Below, piece after piece: positions 33,688 through 50,296 of a stretch of DNA of 64,000 nucleotides. Under the pieces are notes generated by a model, which saw nothing but the letters and a program-made list of their open reading frames with translations, searched no databases and was not told the DNA's origin. Every line of letters begins with the position of its first letter. Within the stretch, counting starts at the first letter, position 1. The DNA is taken from the sequence record PV754031.1; one strand, 5' to 3'. The translations under genes were made by a program, and so were the position numbers.

Positions 33688-33707
33688 GCCCTCCCTTCGG
33701 GGAGGGC
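33688..33707 (+). terminator. Hairpin GCCCTCCC-TTCG-GGGAGGGC plus TTTATG
   Basis: 8-bp stem with UUCG loop; capsid operon end. Confidence 0.9.
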
Positions 33708-33734
33708 TTTATGTTGTATTACATTAAAAAAAGT

Positions 33735-33751
33735 TTAAGATCTATATTACA
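33735..33751 (+). promoter_or_regulatory. phiKZ-type early promoter (TATATTAC at 33743-33750)
   Basis: TTAAGATCTATATTACA; same spacing of TTAA and core as the 19952/21140 copies. Confidence 0.75.
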
Positions 33752-33793
33752 GTAATGATCATGATCTTCTAATTTAAAAATAGGTTAATCCAA

Positions 33794-34246
33794 ATGAACG
33801 TTCAATTATTTCCAGAAGTCATCGAAAGATGGCAAGATGCCCTAAGGGTATCTCTTATAGAAAAAAATACCATGGTAGATAATAAGATGTCTACCGTAGA
33901 TGATGATAAATACATTAATACTTTCTTTGAAGAATTCCATCCTGTTCAGGATGCCTTTATGCCCAAAGGGCTAGAGGACTTTATTACTGATTATGCCAAG
34001 AAAAACATTGAGGAGATCCTTCAAGAAAAACAGTTTAAGCGGGCCACCGAAAAGTTATATTGTTCGAGTGACCCGCATAAATGGCAGAAATCAAGTAATA
34101 AGGAAAAGAGTGAATCCTTTAAGGGAAGGTCCGTACATCAAACTAAAAAGAGGCTCCCCAACATTGTAGATTTGGAGGCCGTTGTGATTAAGGTAGATTT
34201 CAATGGTAACACTAAAAATTGCGGGGCTTACTCAAGTATCAGTTAA
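33794..34246 (+). CDS. Hypothetical protein (gp121-like, 150 aa)
   Basis: AAATAGG leader after early promoter. Confidence 0.65.
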   Translation: MNVQLFPEVIERWQDALRVSLIEKNTMVDNKMSTVDDDKYINTFFEEFHPVQDAFMPKGLEDFITDYAKKNIEEILQEKQFKRATEKLYCSSDPHKWQKSSNKEKSESFKGRSVHQTKKRLPNIVDLEAVVIKVDFNGNTKNCGAYSSIS

Positions 34247-35285
34247 GCCTACTATCGATCACCCGTATGATAAGAAATCGGGAACTGCATACACTAAGGG
34301 TGATCCATACGCTAATTGGAATCTCCCTGTCTCACGTTTTGTTGAGTATCGGAATGAATCATTTCATCGTATTACTGTAGTCGATTCATCTGGTCACGCT
34401 ATCAATATTGGGACATCCCGTAAGTATGTAATGTCTAATAGACTAGTAGTTAAGGTCATTTACCGATGGAGTGGTGATGATAGTTTTAACTATGAAGTTA
34501 TGGCTAAATCTATTCCAGGTTTTACACCTGAGGAAATGTTAGAATATATTCAGTCATTTAGTCGACAGACATTCGATCAGTTTAATAACCAGCTATCTGA
34601 GATTACTATTTGGTATTCAATTGACTTATCAAAACTAGTAGATCAGTATCATGGTGGTTGGATTCAGAGTTTAGGTATCCAAGTATTTAAAACTGAGTAT
34701 AGTCAGTATTTTGAATTTTATCCAAATAGAAATATTAGTCCTCCTGGTTACAGCGGACTTAGTCCAGAAGAAGAAGCACTTTCTAATCAAGTATGGAATG
34801 AAACATATTCTTTAACGTATAATACTGACATCAATAAACCAGATAAATTGTTTTATGTAATGGCTGGCAGAATTATGGCCATTGAGTCAATCTACAATCC
34901 ATCATTAGATCCTGGTCTTATTGTTAATATCCGTGGTAAGCATGGATGTATTAGTCATAATGGCGAAAAGAGATATGTAATACCTCCTGAACAGTTCCAT
35001 GAAAATGGTTTCTTTAGAACACATGAAGAAGCTGCTGCAATGGTTGGAATTAAAGATAAGAAAGTTATTGAACGTCTTAAGACTGCACTCTTAACAGCGG
35101 CTGATATTAAGGAAAGGGAAGCCCAGGAAAAAGCAGCTGGTACGTTTGATAAAGAATTCAAACCAAAAGATGTTGTATTGATTCATGGTCTAAAATGGGG
35201 TGATCTAAACTCCATTGCCTCTGATCTAGTATCATCCATTAAAATTGTAGGTTCACTGATGGATTTAATTTTGCCAAAAGTTTAG
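34203..35285 (+). CDS. Conserved hypothetical protein (gp122-like, 360 aa)
   Basis: AAGGTAG SD; overlaps upstream gene by 44 nt. Confidence 0.65.
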   Translation: MVTLKIAGLTQVSVKPTIDHPYDKKSGTAYTKGDPYANWNLPVSRFVEYRNESFHRITVVDSSGHAINIGTSRKYVMSNRLVVKVIYRWSGDDSFNYEVMAKSIPGFTPEEMLEYIQSFSRQTFDQFNNQLSEITIWYSIDLSKLVDQYHGGWIQSLGIQVFKTEYSQYFEFYPNRNISPPGYSGLSPEEEALSNQVWNETYSLTYNTDINKPDKLFYVMAGRIMAIESIYNPSLDPGLIVNIRGKHGCISHNGEKRYVIPPEQFHENGFFRTHEEAAAMVGIKDKKVIERLKTALLTAADIKEREAQEKAAGTFDKEFKPKDVVLIHGLKWGDLNSIASDLVSSIKIVGSLMDLILPKV

Positions 35286-35294
35286 GAGTTTATA

Positions 35295-36926
35295 ATGCCG
35301 GATCCATTTCTAATTGAAAAGATTCGTGAAAATACGCCTTGCATGAATCCAACACTAGCAAATGGTATCACAGTCGAACACACCATGACTCGTGATCCAA
35401 ATACTGGTGTTAATATGACCAGGCGTTATATTGATTCTTTATTTGATATCAGTTCAGTTCTATTTCCCGATGGCTTCAAATATGAAGGCAATCGTGCATG
35501 TACACCGCTTAAGCATTTTGAAGAGATTACTCGGGAATATAATGCTAAGCGTATTGCCAATATTGCTCCAACTGACATGTACATGATTGACCTAATGTTT
35601 AGTTATAAAGGGGAAATGCTTTATCCTCGTCCAATGTTGTTACCAGCTTTTAAGAGAGGCAATATGGTAACTATCAATGGTGCGAAATATATCGGTTCAC
35701 CAGTATTAACTGATGTTGGGTTCTCTGTACTTAATGATAGCATCTTCATCCCGTTTCGTCGTACTAAGCTAACCTTTAAACAAACTGACCACCATTACAT
35801 GTGCAATGGTCAGCGTAAAATCATGTATGTGATCTGGTCACAGATTCACAATGAAATGGCTAAGCGTACTAAACGAGATCTGGATAATCGACCACATATT
35901 GAGTCATGTTTAGCTCATTATTTCTTCTGTCAGTTTGGAGTAACTCAAACTTTCAAACAATGGGCTAATGTAGATGTTAAGTGTGGACTGCTGTCTGATT
36001 TTCCTGAAGAAGAATATCCACGTGAAAAGTGGAATATTTATTCCAGTGCAACATTAAAAGGCAAACATCCCACCGGTGAAATGGTTCTTGTTATACCTCG
36101 TCATCAAGAATCTATTTTTGCCACACGACTTATCGCTGGTTTCTGGTATGTGGTCGATGCATTTCCAATGCGGTTTACTCGACCTGAATATGTAGATAGT
36201 ACCAACTTATGGCGTGTTATCCTAGGTCACATGGTGTTTGGTGATTTTGAGCACCAAGGTAAAGTAGAGGAAAACATTGATTCACACCTACACAGTTTCT
36301 GTAATTCACTAGACGAAATGACTATTGAAGAACTTAAAACAGTTGGTGTCAATGTAAGTACTATTTGGGAACTTCTTTACGAGATCATGACTAGTTTGGC
36401 TCATCATCTTTATGCTACTGATATTGATGAAACTAGTATGTATGGTAAAAGGTTAACAGTACTGCATTACTTGATGTCAGAGTTTAACTATGCTGTAAGT
36501 ATGTTTGGTTATATGTTCCAGTCTAGGCGTGATCGTGAATGGACTGTACAAGAGCTAAACGAAGGTTTAAAACGTTCTTTTAAACTACAGACAGCTATTA
36601 AACGATTAACAGTGGACCATGGTGAACTCGATACAATGAGTAATCCAAACTCCAGTATGTTGATTAAAGGGACATCTATCCTAGTTACACAGGATCGCGC
36701 TAAAACAGCTAAGGCTCATAATAAGTCTCTAATCAATGACTCATCTAGGATTATTCACGCATCTATTGCTGAGGTAGGTCAATATAAAAACCAACCTAAG
36801 AACAACCCGGATGGTCGAGGTAGGCTTAATATGTATACCAAAGTGGGTCCAACTGGACTAGTTGAACGTCGTGAAGAAGTGCGTGAAATAATTGACAACG
36901 CTCAATTAATGTTCCGTGCAAAATAA
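35295..36926 (+). CDS. gp123: Non-virion RNA polymerase beta-subunit fragment, phiKZ gp123 homolog
   Basis: 543 aa; AGGAG SD; beta N-terminal-type segment (LPAFKRGNMVTINGAKY..SPVLTD); position three genes after MCP. Confidence 0.88.
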   Translation: MPDPFLIEKIRENTPCMNPTLANGITVEHTMTRDPNTGVNMTRRYIDSLFDISSVLFPDGFKYEGNRACTPLKHFEEITREYNAKRIANIAPTDMYMIDLMFSYKGEMLYPRPMLLPAFKRGNMVTINGAKYIGSPVLTDVGFSVLNDSIFIPFRRTKLTFKQTDHHYMCNGQRKIMYVIWSQIHNEMAKRTKRDLDNRPHIESCLAHYFFCQFGVTQTFKQWANVDVKCGLLSDFPEEEYPREKWNIYSSATLKGKHPTGEMVLVIPRHQESIFATRLIAGFWYVVDAFPMRFTRPEYVDSTNLWRVILGHMVFGDFEHQGKVEENIDSHLHSFCNSLDEMTIEELKTVGVNVSTIWELLYEIMTSLAHHLYATDIDETSMYGKRLTVLHYLMSEFNYAVSMFGYMFQSRRDREWTVQELNEGLKRSFKLQTAIKRLTVDHGELDTMSNPNSSMLIKGTSILVTQDRAKTAKAHNKSLINDSSRIIHASIAEVGQYKNQPKNNPDGRGRLNMYTKVGPTGLVERREEVREIIDNAQLMFRAK

Positions 36927-36961
36927 ATTAAATCTTTAACTACTTAATAGGTATTATTCAC

Positions 36962-39127
36962 ATGAACTATGCACAGTACAATCTACCTGTCGATTTTGAG
37001 AGTGTAGATACCAGTACTTTCGATCCTAACCTACCTAATGGGAATTATCTGTTTAGCCTACCGCTACAGTTATCACCACATCAACAACATCCTCAACTAC
37101 AACCATATTTCAATGGTGTAATTGGGCTGTTCCGGCTGAATGCTCAAAATGCTGCTACTACCACCCAGCTTCATGCATTTGCGTATAATCTGCTATCTAG
37201 TAATGGTTTTCAGAATAACTATTATCAGCAGTGGGCTCAGAAAGTTATTGACTTTCTAGAGTTTCTATTTATTCATCGTCAAATGGTGAATAACCCACAG
37301 CAGGCAATGCAGCAAGCTGCATCTCTAGTATGGTCTGGTTTTGTTGGTAAATGTGCTCAAACCTTCCCGCAGCTACAAAGTCTAGTTCAACATCTAATGC
37401 CGAATATCCAACAGGCACTTGGTGTAATCGGGCAGATTGAATCAGATATCCAAAAGATGCGTATGGGTGGTAACACCATGATGCAGGGTGGATATCAACA
37501 ACCTGGTGTACAGCCTGGAAGTTTCCCTGGGATGGGTGCAGCAATGGGTCGTCCTGGCATGAGTTCACAACTACCTCCAATTAACGCAGGTATCCAACAG
37601 ACCTATGGTCAACCGGCTACCATGGCTAATCCGCAGCTGAACATTCCAGGGGCATATACACCAACAACTAATCATGACACTGGTCCATCAATTGCAAATG
37701 CTGCATATGACGTACCTGGTTCTTCTCCTTTCCTGGAAAACAAACCAGTCATGCAACCTAAAGACTCTTGGGGTGCCACTGTTGAAGTATCTCCAAATAG
37801 TAGTTATGATACAATCCCTGGTGGAGGTGATGTAATGATTCTACCTGAACTACAACAAAATGCAAATACTGTAACTAATGATAATACGGATCTACCCATC
37901 CCTCAAGATGTGAAAGAACTCGTATTCGATCCGAACTATTATGTACCCAATGGATTTGTAATTAATAAAGATCGTCCGATGGATGTTATCTATAATCCAG
38001 GTGGCATTGAAATCCGACCTGCTCATCTAGTTGCAGATAAACCTGATTGGGTACGTACTGCTAGTTCAGCTAATCCATACAGCATCCTAATGGATCCGGC
38101 AGTATATTGTCGCTTCCTTGCTAAATGGCCTGATAACACTGTACATGAAGTATATCGTAAGTGGGAGAATCACATGGAAATGGATTATCTAAAGCATGAG
38201 CTTCAAGATGATCTCCGTCGTCAAGCACATCGTGGTGGTGGTGCGCGTACTGCAACCAGTTATAAGCTATCTACCATTATGGGTGATGCCAAACCGGTTA
38301 AAGAAGTAGCCGAAGAGTTTTCACCAAATGATGCTGGGTTAACTGATAATCGTGAACATGATCCAGTTATCCTAGAAGGTTATATTGCTTGTGCAAATAA
38401 TCTTGAAGCAGAAGCTGGTGCACTCAATGCAGTTCGTGAAGCACTTGAGCTAAGCGAAGATGATGTAGTTCCAGCACATGAGTATCGCGCAGCATCATCC
38501 CATCCATTTGATGCTTCAACTGAAGTCATGTATGAGATCGAGGATATTCGAAAAGAACCCGATCCGCATCTAATTGCAAAGCGCCTTAAGCAACTAATGC
38601 TAGATGGTAAGCTGGCTCAACGCTACTATCGGTTCCTAGTTGAAAGGCTCACCAGTGCAGTTAATGAGTTCCTGGCTGATTCAATGAGTCAGAAGGTAAC
38701 CATTGATGACTTCTGTGAAGATATCGGTGACCTTATCGCATATCTGATCGGTAAGAAGGGTAAGTCAGTAGCTGATAAATTTACCGCTAGTATTCCGTTT
38801 ATTGTTGGACGGAGTATGTGTGTTAATATTGATCCAGAAGAAGGTAATTCTATTCTAGATCTATCAGTGCGTTTCCAAACTGGCTGGCGCCTTGAGGAAC
38901 TATCCTGCCTAAATATTTATACCGAGAAAGCAGTGCTTATCAGTAAACTTACTGAACCTAAGATTACTCAAGTAATCATGGGAATGGCAAAGCGTCTAAA
39001 TAGCTCTAAAGATTCAGATGATGCACGTACCCACAAAATGTACATTATCACTGCTGATGGATCTTATCTACAAGTTATTCGTGGCGCTCTTGTTGATAAT
39101 GCTGTTCTACTTAAGCTTATCAAATAA
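36962..39127 (+). CDS. Conserved hypothetical protein (gp124-like, 721 aa) with Q/G/P/M-rich low-complexity region
   Basis: ORF sequence; synteny. Confidence 0.7.
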   Translation: MNYAQYNLPVDFESVDTSTFDPNLPNGNYLFSLPLQLSPHQQHPQLQPYFNGVIGLFRLNAQNAATTTQLHAFAYNLLSSNGFQNNYYQQWAQKVIDFLEFLFIHRQMVNNPQQAMQQAASLVWSGFVGKCAQTFPQLQSLVQHLMPNIQQALGVIGQIESDIQKMRMGGNTMMQGGYQQPGVQPGSFPGMGAAMGRPGMSSQLPPINAGIQQTYGQPATMANPQLNIPGAYTPTTNHDTGPSIANAAYDVPGSSPFLENKPVMQPKDSWGATVEVSPNSSYDTIPGGGDVMILPELQQNANTVTNDNTDLPIPQDVKELVFDPNYYVPNGFVINKDRPMDVIYNPGGIEIRPAHLVADKPDWVRTASSANPYSILMDPAVYCRFLAKWPDNTVHEVYRKWENHMEMDYLKHELQDDLRRQAHRGGGARTATSYKLSTIMGDAKPVKEVAEEFSPNDAGLTDNREHDPVILEGYIACANNLEAEAGALNAVREALELSEDDVVPAHEYRAASSHPFDASTEVMYEIEDIRKEPDPHLIAKRLKQLMLDGKLAQRYYRFLVERLTSAVNEFLADSMSQKVTIDDFCEDIGDLIAYLIGKKGKSVADKFTASIPFIVGRSMCVNIDPEEGNSILDLSVRFQTGWRLEELSCLNIYTEKAVLISKLTEPKITQVIMGMAKRLNSSKDSDDARTHKMYIITADGSYLQVIRGALVDNAVLLKLIK

Positions 39128-39133
39128 GCATGA

Positions 39134-39155
39134 AAGCCCCTCTTCGGAGGGGCTT
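39134..39155 (+). terminator. Hairpin AAGCCCCTC-TTCG-GAGGGGCTT
   Basis: 9-bp stem, UUCG loop. Confidence 0.85.
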
Positions 39156-39207
39156 ATTTATGAGTAATGTATAGTTTAATCAAATATTGTAAAAAAGGAG
39201 TAATACA

Positions 39208-39840
39208 ATGCTAGCTAAAATGAATAAATTCTTTAAAGAATTACTAAACAAAAATACGGTGAATATGGCAGGACTATTCGATGATGTGGTATTGATGAAT
39301 AGTTATAGTAACTATAAACCAGATTTTAATGACACTGTAGAAGTAAATACAAAATGTGATCTACCGGCAAATGGTAAAGTTCTAGTTCTATATGTCGTTC
39401 AAGATACAATGGATATGTATATTTGGGATGGCCAACAATATCTTTCTTATAATCCATATTCCACTGAGCAATTAGCACCAATGATTGATGACCCATCAGC
39501 ATTTATTCCATCAACCAAAGCTAATACTTCTCTAAAAGTAACTTATGGTATCTGGGCGCTTAAGAAAGATCTAGAAACTATCCAGAAGTATTCAATTGGA
39601 ATGCACACTCTTCTTGATAAACATTCACTAGCACGAGTTAATGATAAGAATCCTATTAATAAGGTATTCTTCGAAACATGTCATAAAGCCCTATATACTG
39701 CACTTCGTGAATCATACAAAAACAATATGGTTAAACCACAAATCGCAGATGCAGTTACCAAGGAAGGATGTTGGTTTGGGCGAGATCATCGATCTAATAA
39801 ACTGTCATTTAAATGCGGTGAATTTAAGGTTGAATGGTAA
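39208..39840 (+). CDS. Hypothetical protein (gp125-like, 210 aa)
   Basis: AAGGAG SD. Confidence 0.7.
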   Translation: MLAKMNKFFKELLNKNTVNMAGLFDDVVLMNSYSNYKPDFNDTVEVNTKCDLPANGKVLVLYVVQDTMDMYIWDGQQYLSYNPYSTEQLAPMIDDPSAFIPSTKANTSLKVTYGIWALKKDLETIQKYSIGMHTLLDKHSLARVNDKNPINKVFFETCHKALYTALRESYKNNMVKPQIADAVTKEGCWFGRDHRSNKLSFKCGEFKVEW

Positions 39841-39860
39841 TAATTAAGTAATGGCATAAA

Positions 39861-39882
39861 CCCCTCTCCGCATGGAGAGGGG
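39861..39882. terminator. Bidirectional hairpin CCCCTCTCC-GCAT-GGAGAGGGG between convergent genes
   Basis: 9-bp stem flanked by CATAAA and TATG. Confidence 0.8.
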
Positions 39883-39904
39883 CTATGTCTTTATTTTTTT
39901 TTAT

Positions 39905-40348
39905 TTAACTGCTTTCAAATTCAAGAGTTACTGGTATTGTTGGTATCCACGACAAGTTATTAAAGTATGGATGTATCGTAACCGTATTCCCAGTAATAGG
40001 TTGCGGTTGTATCTCATCTATAATAAATGGAATACCGTAAACATCTCTTAATTTTTCAGCTACTTCTAAATTATCAGTATAGTCAGTTGGTTTACCCGGT
40101 ACTTTTATACCAAGACAGTACTCTGGTAAAGAGCGTCTATTAAAGTAAATAACTGTCTCACCTTTAAAATAAAGTGAACTGGTCTTCGCTCTCATTGTTG
40201 TTTTGGCATTTGTACCAGTTGCTAAGAATGTATCAGTCCCTATAAATTCAACATCATCAACAGTTAAATCCCTAGGCTTACCATTATTATCTTTAGGTTT
40301 ATTAGCCACATTCCAAGCAGCTACTAATTCAGCTCTTGTATCAGTCAT
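39905..40348 (-). CDS. Virion structural protein (gp126-like, 147 aa)
   Basis: GAGGTG SD; shares domain pattern with gp127-like and gp143-like. Confidence 0.65.
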   Translation of the reverse strand: MTDTRAELVAAWNVANKPKDNNGKPRDLTVDDVEFIGTDTFLATGTNAKTTMRAKTSSLYFKGETVIYFNRRSLPEYCLGIKVPGKPTDYTDNLEVAEKLRDVYGIPFIIDEIQPQPITGNTVTIHPYFNNLSWIPTIPVTLEFESS

Positions 40349-40356
40349 TACACACC

Positions 40357-41232
<876 letters not shown>

Positions 41233-41239
41233 TCGCTCC

Positions 41240-43420
<2,181 letters not shown>

Positions 43421-43440
43421 TTACTCACTTTAAAATTTAG

Positions 43441-46134
<2,694 letters not shown>

Positions 46135-46151
46135 TTTCTAAACAACATAAT

Positions 46152-46172
46152 GCCCTCCCATTACGGGAGGGC
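46152..46172. terminator. Bidirectional hairpin GCCCTCCC-ATTAC-GGGAGGGC
   Basis: 8-bp stem between convergent genes, flanked by CATAA and TTATG. Confidence 0.8.
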
Positions 46173-46180
46173 TTATGACG

Positions 46181-47464
<1,284 letters not shown>

Positions 47465-47561
47465 CTATTAGTCTCCATGGAATGATTGGACAATCCTATG
47501 TGAATTTCACATCATTACGCTAACAAATTGCGCAATAGCGTTTTATTAAAGGAGGGCAACC

Positions 47562-49877
47562 ATGGCCCACGGTGAAACTGGGTTATATCCATTCGACCCC
47601 AATGGAACAAATCCCCAGAACTTTATTAAAGGTGAGCGCCAAACTCTCCAGGTACCAGATGGTGATGATTATTATTTCATTATACCATTTGCTGCACCTT
47701 TCTTTGTAGATTCATTACGACTATTTAACCCACTGACCAATCAGACTTATGTAGAAGGTGTTGATTACCTTATTGGGCATTGGTTTATTGAAGCTATGGA
47801 ATCGATAGGTAGACCTATCGCTGGATCTATACGTATCATGAAGCGTTCGATAAACGCTATGATTGGTATGGATTATCGTACAATAGGTGGGCAATGGGGA
47901 TTTAGTAATCAACAGATCCTGGCTGAGCTTGCACGCAAACAGTATAACCCCTTGATTCGGTCATGGGGTGCAATTGGTCCATTACCTGCTTCTTTCCCAC
48001 CTTTAGAACACAATCAACCTATTGATTCATTAGTAGGTAGTAAAGAGATTCTTGAAGGTATCGAAGGTATTATAGAAGCTATCCGTGCTGCGGCTGCCGG
48101 TACAACTGACCAACATATTCGTGATTATAATAACCCACACAGGGTAACTAAAGCACAAGTTGGCTTGGCACTAGTTCCAAACTATGCGATGGCAACTGAT
48201 CAACAGCATTTAGATGCTAATCGTAATGATCTATTTACGAACCCACGTGGTACATTAGCATTAGTCAATAAGTTTGCCGTAAATCCACTTAATGCTCACA
48301 TAGCGGCTAGGGGTAACGTACACGGTCTAACAGCAGCTGATATTAATTTAGGTAATGTTCCTAACTATCCAGCTGCAACACCAACTACCGCGGTAGATGT
48401 AACTAATGATTCGGTATTATTAACACCTTATACTGCATCTATTCTCTATAGTCAGATTGGTGATGCTTCTAGAATTAATGAACTAGAAGAGAAACTTAAT
48501 CAACATATTAGTAATGAAAATAACCCACACGTTGTAACTGCCGACCAGGTTAATGCATATACTAAAACACAAGTTGATCAACTACTGGCAGGACTAGGTG
48601 GTGGTGATGCTTCTACCTTTGGTGGATTAACACCTGAGCAATGGAAAGATGAATTCCCATCATTCGGTGATATTGAAAGGATGGCAGCCGGCTATAACGC
48701 TAACTGGGATGATGTACAATTAAAGATAGATACATTACCAGTTATTGTGGATGATACTAGTGAATATGACCGAATGGAATTAATTCAAGGTGTCACGGCA
48801 GGTTTCCATGCTTATGCTGGATTTAATAGTTGGTGGGATTGTACAATTGTCAGAGATGACTGTGTAGTTCATCCTAAATCGCCAGCTAACCCTTATGCTG
48901 TTATACCAGAGCGTTTAGGATATGCTCAGGAATCCTGGGTATCTCACCGATATGGTCAGTATTGGGTAGAGAATGGTGTAGCCAAGTCAGCATGTATCGA
49001 TGAAACTAAAGTCGATGAGATGATACCAATTCCAGTAGAATGGACTGCACCTATAGATGGAAATATTCCTTCAAGTATCTGGGCGAATAAAACATCTCTG
49101 TATATGTTAACAGGTAAGTTCATCTTTAGTTCAACAGGTGAATCAGCAATCTTTGAGCACCAAGATCTTTATCGTTGTGTTAAAGGTGGCACATCTGAAC
49201 TATTAGTACCTGCTGCTAATAAACCATGGGCTTTATTTACCAATACTGAAGACACCTATCCTGGTGAAATGACAGTTGTTGTAAACATAGGTCCAGCTAG
49301 CAGTGCTGACTATGTATATACAGCTTATGGTATCCCAAGCTTCATTAGTGCTTTTAATGATTTTGTTAACAACACAATTAAACCATTGAATCATGTTATT
49401 GATTCAATGTCAATTGGTTGCACCCACATCATCATGCATTCAATAGATCCATTAGTTGCTCCTGAAGATTATACATCTGAATCTAGTAAAGTACATGTCA
49501 TGGAAATCATCCGCAATGGTAATGATACATCCTTTATGGTTATCTCGCCATTATGGTTTGATGGACGTGGTAAAGATGTAACTGCTAATGTAAATAGTAA
49601 CCCAATTGGTGGTGTATCAGGATTGTACACACATTACACAGTGATGTATGGTGATGGCCAAATCGCTTTCTTCGGAAATAACGATAATGGACAATGTGAC
49701 GTAGATGACCATGCTGGACCATATATTCAATTGGCAGCAGGGCATAATTTCACTGTGACAGTAAATACTTTGAATCAAGTCATGTTCTGGGGAGATTCAC
49801 CTGATAACTCCTTATTATGGAATGGCAGGGGTACACGTGTGAAACATATTGAACCAACTCCACCCACTGGTCCATAA
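47562..49877 (+). CDS. gp131: Tail fibre/baseplate-associated protein, phiKZ gp131 homolog
   Basis: 771 aa; H..D.NNPH.VTKAQVGL fibre repeats; C-terminal RCC1/beta-propeller-like repeats (FGNNDNGQC, AAGHNFTV). Confidence 0.85.
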   Translation: MAHGETGLYPFDPNGTNPQNFIKGERQTLQVPDGDDYYFIIPFAAPFFVDSLRLFNPLTNQTYVEGVDYLIGHWFIEAMESIGRPIAGSIRIMKRSINAMIGMDYRTIGGQWGFSNQQILAELARKQYNPLIRSWGAIGPLPASFPPLEHNQPIDSLVGSKEILEGIEGIIEAIRAAAAGTTDQHIRDYNNPHRVTKAQVGLALVPNYAMATDQQHLDANRNDLFTNPRGTLALVNKFAVNPLNAHIAARGNVHGLTAADINLGNVPNYPAATPTTAVDVTNDSVLLTPYTASILYSQIGDASRINELEEKLNQHISNENNPHVVTADQVNAYTKTQVDQLLAGLGGGDASTFGGLTPEQWKDEFPSFGDIERMAAGYNANWDDVQLKIDTLPVIVDDTSEYDRMELIQGVTAGFHAYAGFNSWWDCTIVRDDCVVHPKSPANPYAVIPERLGYAQESWVSHRYGQYWVENGVAKSACIDETKVDEMIPIPVEWTAPIDGNIPSSIWANKTSLYMLTGKFIFSSTGESAIFEHQDLYRCVKGGTSELLVPAANKPWALFTNTEDTYPGEMTVVVNIGPASSADYVYTAYGIPSFISAFNDFVNNTIKPLNHVIDSMSIGCTHIIMHSIDPLVAPEDYTSESSKVHVMEIIRNGNDTSFMVISPLWFDGRGKDVTANVNSNPIGGVSGLYTHYTVMYGDGQIAFFGNNDNGQCDVDDHAGPYIQLAAGHNFTVTVNTLNQVMFWGDSPDNSLLWNGRGTRVKHIEPTPPTGP

Positions 49878-49889
49878 GAGGATTTAAAA

Positions 49890-50222
49890 ATGGCAGAAGT
49901 TACACGTCAAGAGATGGATGCTCAAATAAATGCTTCTATTAGTAATCAAGGCTTATTTACTAAGGCAGTCCTTAATAAATTCATAGCTGTTATTAATAGG
50001 ATCAATGGGCACATTGCAGCTAGAGGTAACCCACATAATCTGCAACCATCAGATATTGGTCTTGGTAATGTGGCTAACTATCGTCCAGCTACTAAGAAGC
50101 GTGCACAAGAAGGTTTCAATAACACTACGTACATGACTCCTAAACGGACAGATGATTATAATCGAGTGCACATATACGGTCCACTTGCGAAATTATTTAA
50201 TGACGCAGCAGACCGTCTATAA
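49890..50222 (+). CDS. Short tail-fibre-family protein (gp132-like, 110 aa)
   Basis: HIAARGNPHNLQPSDIGLGNVANY repeat. Confidence 0.75.
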   Translation: MAEVTRQEMDAQINASISNQGLFTKAVLNKFIAVINRINGHIAARGNPHNLQPSDIGLGNVANYRPATKKRAQEGFNNTTYMTPKRTDDYNRVHIYGPLAKLFNDAADRL

Positions 50223-50240
50223 ACATCTGACCCGGCATAA

Positions 50241-50265
50241 GAGACACAGCTTTTGGCTGTGTCTC
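50241..50265 (+). terminator. Hairpin GAGACACAGC-TTTTG-GCTGTGTCTC plus TTTTT
   Basis: 10-bp stem and T-tract. Confidence 0.85.
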
Positions 50266-50296
50266 TTTTTGCTGTTTCAGTTAAAAGGTATTTCTT

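Noticed and set aside
29061-36926. Intein, intron or homing endonuclease in helicase, capsid or RNAP genes
   Set aside because: ORFs are continuous at the expected family lengths; no splice-junction or LAGLIDADG/HNH/GIY-YIG motifs.
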